64,000 nt of DNA from Promethearchaeota archaeon (GTDB taxonomy: Archaea; Asgardarchaeota; Lokiarchaeia; Sigyniarchaeales; SOKP01), in NCBI GenBank assembly GCA_048938025.1, contig JBHLMP010000005.1, positions 1-64,000 of the forward strand, in the 5' to 3' direction. Below the pieces are notes generated by a model that was not told the origin of the DNA, made no database searches, and saw only the letters and a program-made list of their open reading frames with translations. Positions within the stretch are counted from its first letter, which is position 1. Every line of letters starts with the position of its first letter. The position numbers and the translations under genes are program-made. Shown piece after piece: positions 30,459 through 38,684 of the stretch.

Positions 30459-30477
30459 ATTATGAAAAAAAATTAAA

Positions 30478-30846
30478 TTAAAACCATTGAGTTGCATCTG
30501 CTTCTAAAACTAAATCATTTAGAGTCGCAGCACCCACGATTTTTACACCTGGAATCAAATCTACTTTTTCCCAACCCAGCATTCTCTTTGATGCCTCACA
30601 TACTAAGATTTCAATACCAGATTCCAGTGTTTGATCAATCATCTCTTTCACAGTTGGAAAATTACCTAATTTTATTCTATCTGCCTCTCCTGGTTTTAAT
30701 ATTCTTAATCCTGTTCCTAAATAATATACCGTAGCTTTAAGATTCATAGCCTTAGCTGTCTGTGCTAACACTAATGGAGAATATTGACGTTCGGGATCGT
30801 CACTTGTTTGTACATACAAAATATATTTTTCTTCGATTTTACTCAA
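30478..30846 (-). CDS. DsrE family protein (stand-alone)
   Basis: PLVLAQTA, YYLGTG, GIEILVCEAS, VGAATL. Confidence 0.8.
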   Translation of the reverse strand: MSKIEEKYILYVQTSDDPERQYSPLVLAQTAKAMNLKATVYYLGTGLRILKPGEADRIKLGNFPTVKEMIDQTLESGIEILVCEASKRMLGWEKVDLIPGVKIVGAATLNDLVLEADATQWF

Positions 30847-30888
30847 CCTCCTCTTTTTATTATTTGTTTTAACTTCCTATATAATATG

Positions 30889-31146
30889 CTAAATTAAAAC
30901 TTCAAATATACTAACTCTTTTGTCTTTGTCATCTTTAAATTTCTTTATAAACCTAATTTGTTGAAGATTTTTTAAAGAGTATGCTACTGTGCGTTTTGGT
31001 AGGAGTGTTTTACTCAAAATTTGTTTTTGATTCAATGGTCCCCTTTGTTTTAATATATATAATATGAATTTACATGAGGGGGATAATGAGAATAAATCCA
31101 TTTTTTCTTCATAAGTATTAACAAAATATTTATCTTCAACAATCAT
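30889..31146 (-). CDS. small MarR-like winged-helix regulator
   Basis: LSPSCKFILYIL..GPL.QK.I...TLLPKRTVAYSL..L, DKR. Confidence 0.8.
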   Translation of the reverse strand: MIVEDKYFVNTYEEKMDLFSLSPSCKFILYILKQRGPLNQKQILSKTLLPKRTVAYSLKNLQQIRFIKKFKDDKDKRVSIFEVLI

Positions 31147-31291
31147 AAAAATGTGCTTAATACGATTTGAAAGATCTAAATTATTACTTAATTCATAAAA
31201 TGGAATAATCTTATTAAATATTTTGGTTAACTGGTAAATTTAAACGAACAATTCAGTTTTAGTTTCAAAATAAAGCTAGATTTTATATTAA

Positions 31292-31306
31292 GTTTCAATT
31301 TGAAAC
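31292..31306. promoter_or_regulatory. palindrome GTTTCA-ATT-TGAAAC
   Basis: Perfect 6-bp arms upstream of the small MarR-like gene; partial copy GTTTCAAAATAAAGC at 31262-31276. Confidence 0.4.
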
Positions 31307-31334
31307 GAATAAAATCTTATAAAAAATAAATCTC

Positions 31335-31898
31335 TTAAAAATTCCCACATCCGTCACATTTACCATCCAAGAAAGCCTCACAATCTCTACAGATATTTCC
31401 ACAATTAGATTCTCGACTTTCTTTACTAAAGAGGTTAAGTGGAAGAAATTTTGGTGTTTCTATATTAGAAATAAATATAATTTCAGAGTGTAATATCCCC
31501 TTTTTATTGGTAGGACCACAATAATTTATATACCTGTGTAAAACATCTATATTTTGTCCTACAATTCCCATAACTAAATTGTATTGACCCGTAATCTGTG
31601 CTAACAAAAAGACTCTTGGACATTCAGAATAAGCTTTAATGATGTTCTTTACTTCATCATAATTTTTCATTTCTAGAAGAATCAAGCAAGCCCGATAATT
31701 TAAAGCATTTATATTAATATTACCTTGTACTTTTAGTATCTCTGATTCCTCTAATTTTACAATCCTTTTTCTAACTCCAGCGTGGCTCATTATCTCTTGA
31801 TCAGGTTTAACTACTTTTTCACCTATACTGATTAAACTTTCACGACCTTTTGTAAATAAAGCATTAATGATTTGTTTATCGATATTATCTAATAGCAT
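31335..31898 (-). CDS. Lrp/AsnC family regulator with Cys-rich C-terminal tail
   Basis: LDNIDKQII, SHAGVRKRIVKLEE, CPRV...ITGQYNL; tail CGNICRDC...CDGC; ATG at 31898 lies about 24 nt from a TATA-like ttttataaaa. Confidence 0.85.
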   Translation of the reverse strand: MLLDNIDKQIINALFTKGRESLISIGEKVVKPDQEIMSHAGVRKRIVKLEESEILKVQGNININALNYRACLILLEMKNYDEVKNIIKAYSECPRVFLLAQITGQYNLVMGIVGQNIDVLHRYINYCGPTNKKGILHSEIIFISNIETPKFLPLNLFSKESRESNCGNICRDCEAFLDGKCDGCGNF

Positions 31899-31965
31899 AA
31901 TAATAAAAAAAGAAATCCTTTTATAAAAAAGTACTAAAATTGCTTTCATCATCAATTTTTTTAGG

Positions 31966-31978
31966 TGCAAATTTTGCC
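31966..31978. promoter_or_regulatory. Lrp-type operator copy 1 (TGCAAATTTTGCC)
   Basis: Near-palindrome upstream of the Lrp gene; one of five related sites. Confidence 0.6.
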
Positions 31979-32232
31979 TTTAACTATATAAATAATACTT
32001 GGAAGAATTTTCTTAAAGAATTTAGATTCAATTAAAATATTGAATTCGCCCTTAATAAAACTGTGGTTTTATTATTCCCTCTAATTTTGATTAAAAGATT
32101 GAATAAATCTCCTTTTCTCTTTCTTTTAAAACCTATTTCAATTAATCTTTTAAGACTTTATTAACTTCTTTTAAGAGAAAATGAACTCAATAAAGCAAAA
32201 TATAATAGCTTTTCTATATATTTTTAATTAGG

Positions 32233-32245
32233 TGCAATAATTGCA
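32233..32245. promoter_or_regulatory. Lrp-type operator copy 2 (TGCAATAATTGCA)
   Basis: Palindrome just upstream of TATA-like tattaaata (32251) of the Cys-rich membrane gene. Confidence 0.7.
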
Positions 32246-32318
32246 TATACTATTAAATAGATTTTTGTTAGAGTGACTCTATACACTTCAAAAACTAAAT
32301 ATTTAACAAGAAGGTAAG

Positions 32319-32921
32319 TTGACTAGTCAAATGGAAGAGAGATCTAATGAAACTTCTTTTGAAACTAAAGATTCAAAACCCAAAGCTAAATTGTATAAAA
32401 AATATTCATTTTTGAGAGTATCTATTTATGAAATTTCAACAATTCTCCATTATTTAATAGGAGGATTGGGATTAATTATAGGGTATGCATTTTTATGGTT
32501 GGGCTACCTATTTGGTTTAATTTATATTATTTTTGCATTTCTACAAATGTACATTCTTATGCCATTAACTGTGTGCCCAAATTGTGTGTATTACAGAATG
32601 GAAGGTTCACGCTGTGTATCAGGCTTAAATAAGATCTCACGAAAAATAGCAAAGGAAGGAAAACCTGAAGTTTTTCCAAAACGAGCAGAGGGAGTATTTT
32701 GCTACAATAATATATATATGGCTGCTTTATTTTTCCCAATCGTGGCATTAATCCCTGCTTTAATCTTAAATTTTTCTCTATTGTTGTTATTAATATTTTT
32801 GATAGTTTTGGGCTTGCTGGTCTTTCGTTTTTTTGTAATTTTTCCTAAGATAGCATGTTTGCACTGTAACGCAAAATTTACATGCCCTATCGGTGAAAAA
32901 ATTGGCGTTCGAGATAAATGA
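32319..32921 (+). CDS. 4-TM membrane protein with two Cys clusters, hypothetical
   Basis: TM pairs each followed by CPNC..C and CLHC...C; ATG at 32331 is an alternative start. Confidence 0.75.
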   Translation: MTSQMEERSNETSFETKDSKPKAKLYKKYSFLRVSIYEISTILHYLIGGLGLIIGYAFLWLGYLFGLIYIIFAFLQMYILMPLTVCPNCVYYRMEGSRCVSGLNKISRKIAKEGKPEVFPKRAEGVFCYNNIYMAALFFPIVALIPALILNFSLLLLLIFLIVLGLLVFRFFVIFPKIACLHCNAKFTCPIGEKIGVRDK

Positions 32922-33007
32922 TGCGAACAATATTTAATAATCACCAATAGAGATTTCACTCTTAATAAAAATCAGAATATAATTATTTCCTTCCTCTCTT
33001 ATTCTTT

Positions 33008-33958
33008 CTAATCCATGGAATAATGTTCTGGTTCTGGATGTAGTTTATTAATAAACCTATAATTAAAAATATCTTGTATTTTTAGATTTTTTTTTATATA
33101 TCCCAAATTATAAAGAGTCTTTACGAATTTCATTGTTGCTCTTATGTAGCCCTCTGAGAGAGCAATACAATATTTTGGGGATATTTTCAGAACAGCCTCA
33201 GCATAATTTTTATCAATTATTTTAAATGATTTTACAATTTTCTCTGCTGCGACTGCTGGTGATTCTCGAAGCAGATTTGATGCATTTTTATGATGGGTGA
33301 GAAATTTTAAAATTAATTCAGGATTGTTTTGAATGAGTTTTTTATGGACAAATATTCCATAGCTAGGATTATTTGGCCATAGCTCTTTAGCTTCGATAAT
33401 TAAATGAGATTCTAAAATTGTTGATGTAAATACAGCTAACGCAGGAGTTCCAACACCTGCTTCTAAAAGACCTTCTCTCATATCCAAAGCTATGAATTCT
33501 GCTTGCTCATAGTTCTTGATCTGAATTTCCTCTAACAAGTTGTATTTTTCTAAATAAAAATTTAATATAACATCATGAATAGAACCTTTACTCGGAACTC
33601 CTATTGTTTTTCCTTTAAACTGGGAAAAGACCCTATTTAAATCATTATCTAATTGTTGTTGTGTGTTGTATACTCTTTTAGCAACTACAATTGTTCCCTC
33701 AACATGTCCTCCAGCGACACATATGATTGGAACACTTTCAGCAATTCCTATTATAGCAGGAGGTAAACCCATATAACCGATATCTAGTTTATTTTCCTTG
33801 AATGCTTTAACCATAGCAGGTCCGGTTCCAAAAAGAACCCAATTTATATCTGCCTTTAAATCTTTGTTTAAATCTTCAGATTCCATCAAAATATAATTAG
33901 TATGATATGCAGTTGAAAGGTGTCCTATATTTAATCTATTTTTTTTAATATAAATCAC
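33008..33958 (-). CDS. SsuA/NMT1-THI5-like substrate-binding-fold protein without signal peptide
   Basis: F.TGPAM..AF...LDIGYMGLPPAI, GGHVEG, KGKTIGVP..GSIHD; no N-terminal hydrophobic anchor. Confidence 0.75.
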   Translation of the reverse strand: MIYIKKNRLNIGHLSTAYHTNYILMESEDLNKDLKADINWVLFGTGPAMVKAFKENKLDIGYMGLPPAIIGIAESVPIICVAGGHVEGTIVVAKRVYNTQQQLDNDLNRVFSQFKGKTIGVPSKGSIHDVILNFYLEKYNLLEEIQIKNYEQAEFIALDMREGLLEAGVGTPALAVFTSTILESHLIIEAKELWPNNPSYGIFVHKKLIQNNPELILKFLTHHKNASNLLRESPAVAAEKIVKSFKIIDKNYAEAVLKISPKYCIALSEGYIRATMKFVKTLYNLGYIKKNLKIQDIFNYRFINKLHPEPEHYSMD

Positions 33959-33979
33959 CTTTTTGAGTACCTGATATTC

Positions 33980-33992
33980 TGCAAAAATTGCA
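33980..33992. promoter_or_regulatory. Lrp-type operator copy 3 (TGCAAAAATTGCA)
   Basis: Palindrome in the divergent intergenic region between the SBP-like and SAMP genes. Confidence 0.7.
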
Positions 33993-34082
33993 CTAATATT
34001 TAACTATTATAAACTAAATAAATAAATGCTATTTTTATTGACATAATATAGACACTTGTTATAAATTAAAATTAAAACACTA

Positions 34083-34382
34083 ATGATTTCCGCATTGATA
34101 AATATAAAAATCTTATTCTTTTCTTTATTGGCAGATAAATTTGGTAAAGATGAATTCACTTTAAATGTTGAACATGTTATAACTTTAAGAGATTTGCTAA
34201 ATCAACTGAGTTCTTTACTTGGAAGAGAATTTGAGGAGATGAATATTGTATCTGAGGATAAATTAAATAAATACGTAATTATAGGTTTAAATGGGAGAGA
34301 TATTCGACAATTTAATGGTTTAGATACTATTATTAAAGATAATGATGTGCTATCTTTTCTACCAGCTATTGCAGGTGGATAA
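34083..34382 (+). CDS. MoaD/ThiS/SAMP ubiquitin-like sulfur carrier
   Basis: Beta-grasp pattern, LNGRDI...GLDT.IKDND..SFLPAIAGG ending in Gly-Gly. Confidence 0.9.
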   Translation: MISALINIKILFFSLLADKFGKDEFTLNVEHVITLRDLLNQLSSLLGREFEEMNIVSEDKLNKYVIIGLNGRDIRQFNGLDTIIKDNDVLSFLPAIAGG

Positions 34383-34406
34383 TGAACTTTTTTTTTTATA
34401 TTTAGA

Positions 34407-34419
34407 TGAAAAAATTGCA
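34407..34419. promoter_or_regulatory. Lrp-type operator copy 4 (TGAAAAAATTGCA)
   Basis: One mismatch to copy 3; upstream of cysE. Confidence 0.6.
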
Positions 34420-34483
34420 CTTAATTATTTATTTCACTAAATTATTTTCTCCAAGATAGAATATTAAAAATGGATAACTGACA

Positions 34484-35323
34484 ATGGAAGATTTTTTAAA
34501 CTGTCTAAATTGTGGCAAGACTTTAGGGGATAAAGAGAGAAATCATTATAATTTTTGTGCTGAATGTATTTTAAAATTAGACTTTCGATTAGAAGAGCTA
34601 AATCGTGAAGAGATAGATCAAAATTTACAAAAAATTTTAAATTTCTTTGTCTCTGATGTTAGTGCTGCCTTTAATAAGGATCCAGCTGCTCAATCTCTAT
34701 TGGAAGTTTTAACAAGTTATCCGGGAATTAAAGCAATTTTGTTACATCGTATTGCTCATTTTTTCTGGAAAATTAAAATGCCATTTGTGCCAAGGTATCT
34801 TTCAGAAATTACCCGGGAACTTACTGGAATAGAAATTCATCCTGGCGCTGAAATTGGAAAGGATTTTTTTATTGATCATGGAGGCGGTGTTGTTATTGGA
34901 GAGACTGCAAAGATTGGTGATAATGTAACTATTTATCAAGGCGTGGTCTTAGGAGGAACAATGACAGATCCAATCAAGAGACACCCAACCTTAGGAAACA
35001 ATATTGTTGTCGGCACAGGAGCAAAGTTATTAGGACCAATAACAATTGGAGACAATGTGAGAATTGGAGCAAATTCTGTAGTTGTTCAAGATATACCTCC
35101 TAATTCGGTAGTAGTCGGTGTTCCTGGAAAAATTATATCTCGTGATGGAAAAAAAATTAAAAAAATCGATCTTTCACATGGAGATTTACCCGATCCAATG
35201 TCAATAACTCTTTCTTCAATAAATCGAAGAATAGAATTCCTTGAAAAGCATTTAAAAATTAAATCGGATATAAAAAGAAATGATATTGAAATATATTTTG
35301 GTATCAATGGAGGAGGTATTTAA
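34484..35323 (+). CDS. cysE: serine O-acetyltransferase with N-terminal zinc-finger-like extension
   Basis: DPAA, YPG..A...HRIAH, TGIEIHPGAEIG, FIDHG.GVVIGET, KRHPTLG, IGANSVV, DLPDP; N-terminal CLNC...CAEC. Confidence 0.92.
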   Translation: MEDFLNCLNCGKTLGDKERNHYNFCAECILKLDFRLEELNREEIDQNLQKILNFFVSDVSAAFNKDPAAQSLLEVLTSYPGIKAILLHRIAHFFWKIKMPFVPRYLSEITRELTGIEIHPGAEIGKDFFIDHGGGVVIGETAKIGDNVTIYQGVVLGGTMTDPIKRHPTLGNNIVVGTGAKLLGPITIGDNVRIGANSVVVQDIPPNSVVVGVPGKIISRDGKKIKKIDLSHGDLPDPMSITLSSINRRIEFLEKHLKIKSDIKRNDIEIYFGINGGGI

Positions 35324-35354
35324 TTAATACAATATAGAGAGGAGGTGAAAAGAC

Positions 35355-36284
35355 TTGGGAAGAATATTTAATAATATTATTGAAACCATTGGGAATACAC
35401 CGTTAGTAAGACTTAATAGGATTACTGAAAGAATTGAACCAAATATTTTTGTAAAAATTGAGGGTTTCAACCCTGGCGCAAGTGTTAAGGACCGAATTTG
35501 TATGTCGATGATTGATGCTGCTGAAAAAGCGAAAATCATTAAAAAGAATACAATAATTGTCGAACCCACCTCAGGTAATACAGGTATTGGTTTAGCATTA
35601 GTCTGTGCTGCTAAAGGGTACAAATTAATTCTTACAATGCCAGATAGTATGACAATTGAAAGAAGAAAAATATTAAAAGCATATGGTGCGGAATTAGTAT
35701 TAACTCCTGCTGATAAAGGAATGAAGGGAGCCATTGAAAAGGCTGAAGATTTAGCGAAAGACAACGATAAAGTTTTTATTCCTCAACAGTTTAAAAATGA
35801 AGCAAATCCTGAAATTCATCGTAAAACAACCGCAGAAGAGATATATAATGATTTAGATGGAAAAATTGACGGATTTGTGTCAGGAATAGGCACAGGTGGA
35901 ACTATAACAGGAGTAGGGGAAATACTTAAACAGAGAATTGGCAATCATGTGAAAATATATGCTGTAGAACCAAAAGATTCTCCTGTATTGTCAGGAGGTG
36001 AACCAGGATCACATAAAATCCAAGGAATTGGTGCCGGATTTGTACCTGATGTATTGAATACTGAAATTTATGATGATGTAATTCAAGTTAATTATGAGGA
36101 TGCTGTACAAACATCAAGAAAATTAGCTAAATTAGAAGGGATTTTTGTAGGGATTTCTGCGGGAGCAGCAGCGTGGGCAGGAATTTACATAGTTTCAAAA
36201 GAATTTAAAAAAGGAGATAATTTAGTTATAATTTTACCAGATACAGGAGAAAGATATTTATCTACAGATCTATTTGAAACATGA
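35355..36284 (+). CDS. cysK: cysteine synthase A (O-acetylserine sulfhydrylase)
   Basis: IGNTPLV, NPGASVKDR (PLP Lys), PTSGNTG, GTGGT, HKIQGIG, PDTGERYLST. Confidence 0.95.
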   Translation: MGRIFNNIIETIGNTPLVRLNRITERIEPNIFVKIEGFNPGASVKDRICMSMIDAAEKAKIIKKNTIIVEPTSGNTGIGLALVCAAKGYKLILTMPDSMTIERRKILKAYGAELVLTPADKGMKGAIEKAEDLAKDNDKVFIPQQFKNEANPEIHRKTTAEEIYNDLDGKIDGFVSGIGTGGTITGVGEILKQRIGNHVKIYAVEPKDSPVLSGGEPGSHKIQGIGAGFVPDVLNTEIYDDVIQVNYEDAVQTSRKLAKLEGIFVGISAGAAAWAGIYIVSKEFKKGDNLVIILPDTGERYLSTDLFET

Positions 36285-36299
36285 TTTAAATTTTGATTG

Positions 36300-36569
36300 T
36301 TAAAGTTTCTTTAGTTTCATAAGCCAAACATCTTTTTCTGAATCTAATTCCTTTATTTCTAATAATTCCGCTAAAGATTGTCGTTTACAATTTTCAGGAA
36401 TATTTTTAAGAGCAGCAGGAAAGTCTAAAAGAACCTCTAAAATATCCCCTCTATCAAGTTCTTCAAGTTTTAATTTTGTGTAAACAAATGTCATTGGACA
36501 TACTTTCCCCCTTATGTCTAAATACTTCATAATTTCTTTTTCAGATCCTCTTAAAATGTTTATTGACAA
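36300..36569 (-). CDS. tusA: TusA family sulfurtransferase
   Basis: LDIRGKVCPMTFVYTKLKLEEL..GDILEVLLD. Confidence 0.85.
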   Translation of the reverse strand: MSINILRGSEKEIMKYLDIRGKVCPMTFVYTKLKLEELDRGDILEVLLDFPAALKNIPENCKRQSLAELLEIKELDSEKDVWLMKLKKL

Positions 36570-37366
36570 ACGTCATCAATCCCATATTGTATAATTTCAA
36601 CTATATCTTTTGCATCATCCCCACATGCGATGCATCTTTCATTCCTATGAAGATCTATAAAATTAAAGGTATTTCTTAAAAGATCTATATATAAGATTTT
36701 ATTTTTTATTAAATCCCCGATACCTAGAATATATTTTAATGCTTCATTTGCTTCTATGCAGCCTAAAATTCCTGGTACAAATCCGATTACTCCAGCTTCG
36801 GAACATGACATTCCAGTTGGTCCTTCAATTATATCACCAAAAATGCATCGATAGCACGCAGTTTTTTCTTCAGGAATTACTGTCATAATTTGTCCATGAA
36901 ATCTTAAAACACCTGCTATTGTAAATGGTATTTTTAAATAAATGCATGTATCATTAACTAGCATCTTAGTTGGAAAATTATCAGACCCTTCTATAACAAA
37001 ATCGGAGTCCTTAAGAATTTCTTTAGCATTCTTAGCTGTAATTTTTTCATTTATGATTTCAATAATGGAATCAGGATTTAGCATATTTAACTTTTCAATT
37101 GCACTTTCTGTTTTCTTCCTATCGATATCTTTTGTGAAATGTAGAATCTGTCTATGCAAATTAGATGGCTCTACTTTATCATAGTCAATTAGTTTTAAAT
37201 GCCCAATTCCGGCTGCTGTTAGATAATATGCAACAGGGGATCCAAGAGCTCCTAGACCAACTAAAGAGATTTTTGACTTTAATAATTTCTTTTGACCTAT
37301 ACCCCCAACTTCTTTTAGGACGATTTGACGAGAATATCTCTTAATTTGCTCTTCAGTTAAATTCAT
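36560..37366 (-). CDS. moeB: MoeB/ThiF/UbaA E1-like adenylyltransferase
   Basis: RYSRQ, GQKKL, GLGALGS, D.D.VE.SNLHRQ, DNF, CYRC, SCSEAG (catalytic Cys), CIAC. Confidence 0.9.
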   Translation of the reverse strand: MNLTEEQIKRYSRQIVLKEVGGIGQKKLLKSKISLVGLGALGSPVAYYLTAAGIGHLKLIDYDKVEPSNLHRQILHFTKDIDRKKTESAIEKLNMLNPDSIIEIINEKITAKNAKEILKDSDFVIEGSDNFPTKMLVNDTCIYLKIPFTIAGVLRFHGQIMTVIPEEKTACYRCIFGDIIEGPTGMSCSEAGVIGFVPGILGCIEANEALKYILGIGDLIKNKILYIDLLRNTFNFIDLHRNERCIACGDDAKDIVEIIQYGIDDVCQ

Positions 37367-37427
37367 TTTTTACCATTTAAATTACAATAACTAACATAGA
37401 AATATCTTTAGTTTATATAAAATAAGA

Positions 37428-37440
37428 TGCAAAAATTGCA
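37428..37440. promoter_or_regulatory. Lrp-type operator copy 5 (TGCAAAAATTGCA)
   Basis: Extends to ATGCAAAAATTGCAT; just upstream of TATA-like tttatataa (37412-37420) of moeB-tusA. Confidence 0.7.
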
Positions 37441-37470
37441 TTGAAATCTACTATAAGGTCTAAGAGGATC

Positions 37471-38016
37471 TTATTTACGAATTAATATTCCAATTTTTCC
37501 ACCTATTTTTTGAATAGAATTACCCTCAGCACCAATCAATACTTCTTCTTTAATTAAATTGATGATAGCTCGAGTTATCATGCTTAACGGATATTGTTGT
37601 ATTTCTTTAATGCCAATTAGCTCATCAATAGTTAAAGCTTCTCCAGGCACTATCATTGAAATTATTGCTCTTTTTACGTGATCTAAATTACTCACATTTT
37701 CTATTAATTCACGTGTTCCTCCCTTTTTGCTACTTTGTTTAAGTTCAGTTAAGGTAGATGTTAATAATTTAACTTGTTCTTCAAGTTTAGTAATACGTAT
37801 TTCTAATTCTCTTTTGGAACTTCTATTTATTTTACTTGGTTCTTCCTTTTCAGCTAAGAATTTAATTACAAGTTTTTCAAGGTGTTCTTTTGGAATATTA
37901 GCTTTTTTTATTTGTTGTATTTTTTCTGTTTTAGTGCTACTTTTCTTTAAGTTAATATTACATTCTTTTGCTAATTTTTCCAGGTAGTGCACTGTGAGAT
38001 CATTTAGATCTGCCAT
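37471..38016 (-). CDS. hypothetical protein: SAP/Rho-N-like helix, coiled coil, winged-helix-like C-terminus
   Basis: LNDLTV..L..LAK...I....TK.E.I; heptad region; LTIDEL....I..L...L. Confidence 0.6.
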   Translation of the reverse strand: MADLNDLTVHYLEKLAKECNINLKKSSTKTEKIQQIKKANIPKEHLEKLVIKFLAEKEEPSKINRSSKRELEIRITKLEEQVKLLTSTLTELKQSSKKGGTRELIENVSNLDHVKRAIISMIVPGEALTIDELIGIKEIQQYPLSMITRAIINLIKEEVLIGAEGNSIQKIGGKIGILIRK

Positions 38017-38144
38017 ATCTAACCTCAATTGAAGAAATTTTTATGTAGTTTTAAAATCTTTTAAGAGGAATATTAATTAATTAAAAATTGATACAGCAAT
38101 TATTAAAAATATCATTATTAACCTCAAAATCAGAGTTGATTTAA

Positions 38145-38612
38145 ATTAATATAATTGAATTAGATGAATCAAATATCCCTGAAATTCTAGAACTATGGAA
38201 GGAACTTATTGATTTTCAAGCAAATTTGGATCTATTCTTTATTAGAAGAGAGGATGCGCATCTAAATTATGAATCATATATAAAAGAGTTAATGAAATCA
38301 GGAGATACAAAAATCTTTGGAGCATTAGAAGATAAGAATTTACTAGGTTTTATTGTAGCAAAATTAAGTTATTATCCTCCTATATATTTACAAGAAAAGT
38401 ATGGTTCAATTGATGATATTATAATCACTTCATCTTATAGGAGAATGGGAGTAGGTAGTATGTTATTGGAGAGAGCTTTTGGCTGGTTTAATTCTCGAGG
38501 ATTAATACGCGTTGAGTTAAATGTAGTAAAACAGAATCAAGGGGCATACTCCTTTTATTTAAAACACGGTTTTAAGGATTATATGCATAAATTATTTCTT
38601 GAAATTAAATAA
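38145..38612 (+). CDS. GNAT acetyltransferase; probable ATT start
   Basis: YRRMGVGSMLL, N..A..FY.K.GF; frame extends 27 codons upstream of TTG 38226 giving NIIELDESNIPEILELWKEL. Confidence 0.8.
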   Translation: MNIIELDESNIPEILELWKELIDFQANLDLFFIRREDAHLNYESYIKELMKSGDTKIFGALEDKNLLGFIVAKLSYYPPIYLQEKYGSIDDIIITSSYRRMGVGSMLLERAFGWFNSRGLIRVELNVVKQNQGAYSFYLKHGFKDYMHKLFLEIK

Positions 38613-38684
38613 TTTCTTTTCTTTCAAAAGTAACTTTAAATATTTGTTAATATTGCCATAATAAATATTATTAAGGGGATAGAT

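Noticed and set aside
31292-31306. GTTTCAAT...TGAAAC resembles CRISPR repeat ends
   Set aside because: Single 15-bp site; no regularly spaced repeats, spacers or cas genes
31899-31970. N-terminal extension of the Lrp ORF as listed (start 31970)
   Set aside because: Region holds the TATA-like element and operator; the family-typical N-terminus starts at ATG 31898
32030-32160. Short minus-strand open stretch (SLKRLIEIGF...) vaguely like a winged-helix remnant
   Set aside because: No start codon, about 40 codons, similarity too weak
28835-37366. Selenocysteine or pyrrolysine readthrough in the sulfur/redox genes
   Set aside because: Proteins appear full length with Cys at catalytic positions; no in-frame TGA/TAG splitting a domain was seen
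34083-37366. Eukaryote-like ubiquitin system (Ub-E1-E2-E3)
   Set aside because: The carrier is MoaD/SAMP-like and the E1 MoeB-like; no E2, RING or JAMM gene adjacent
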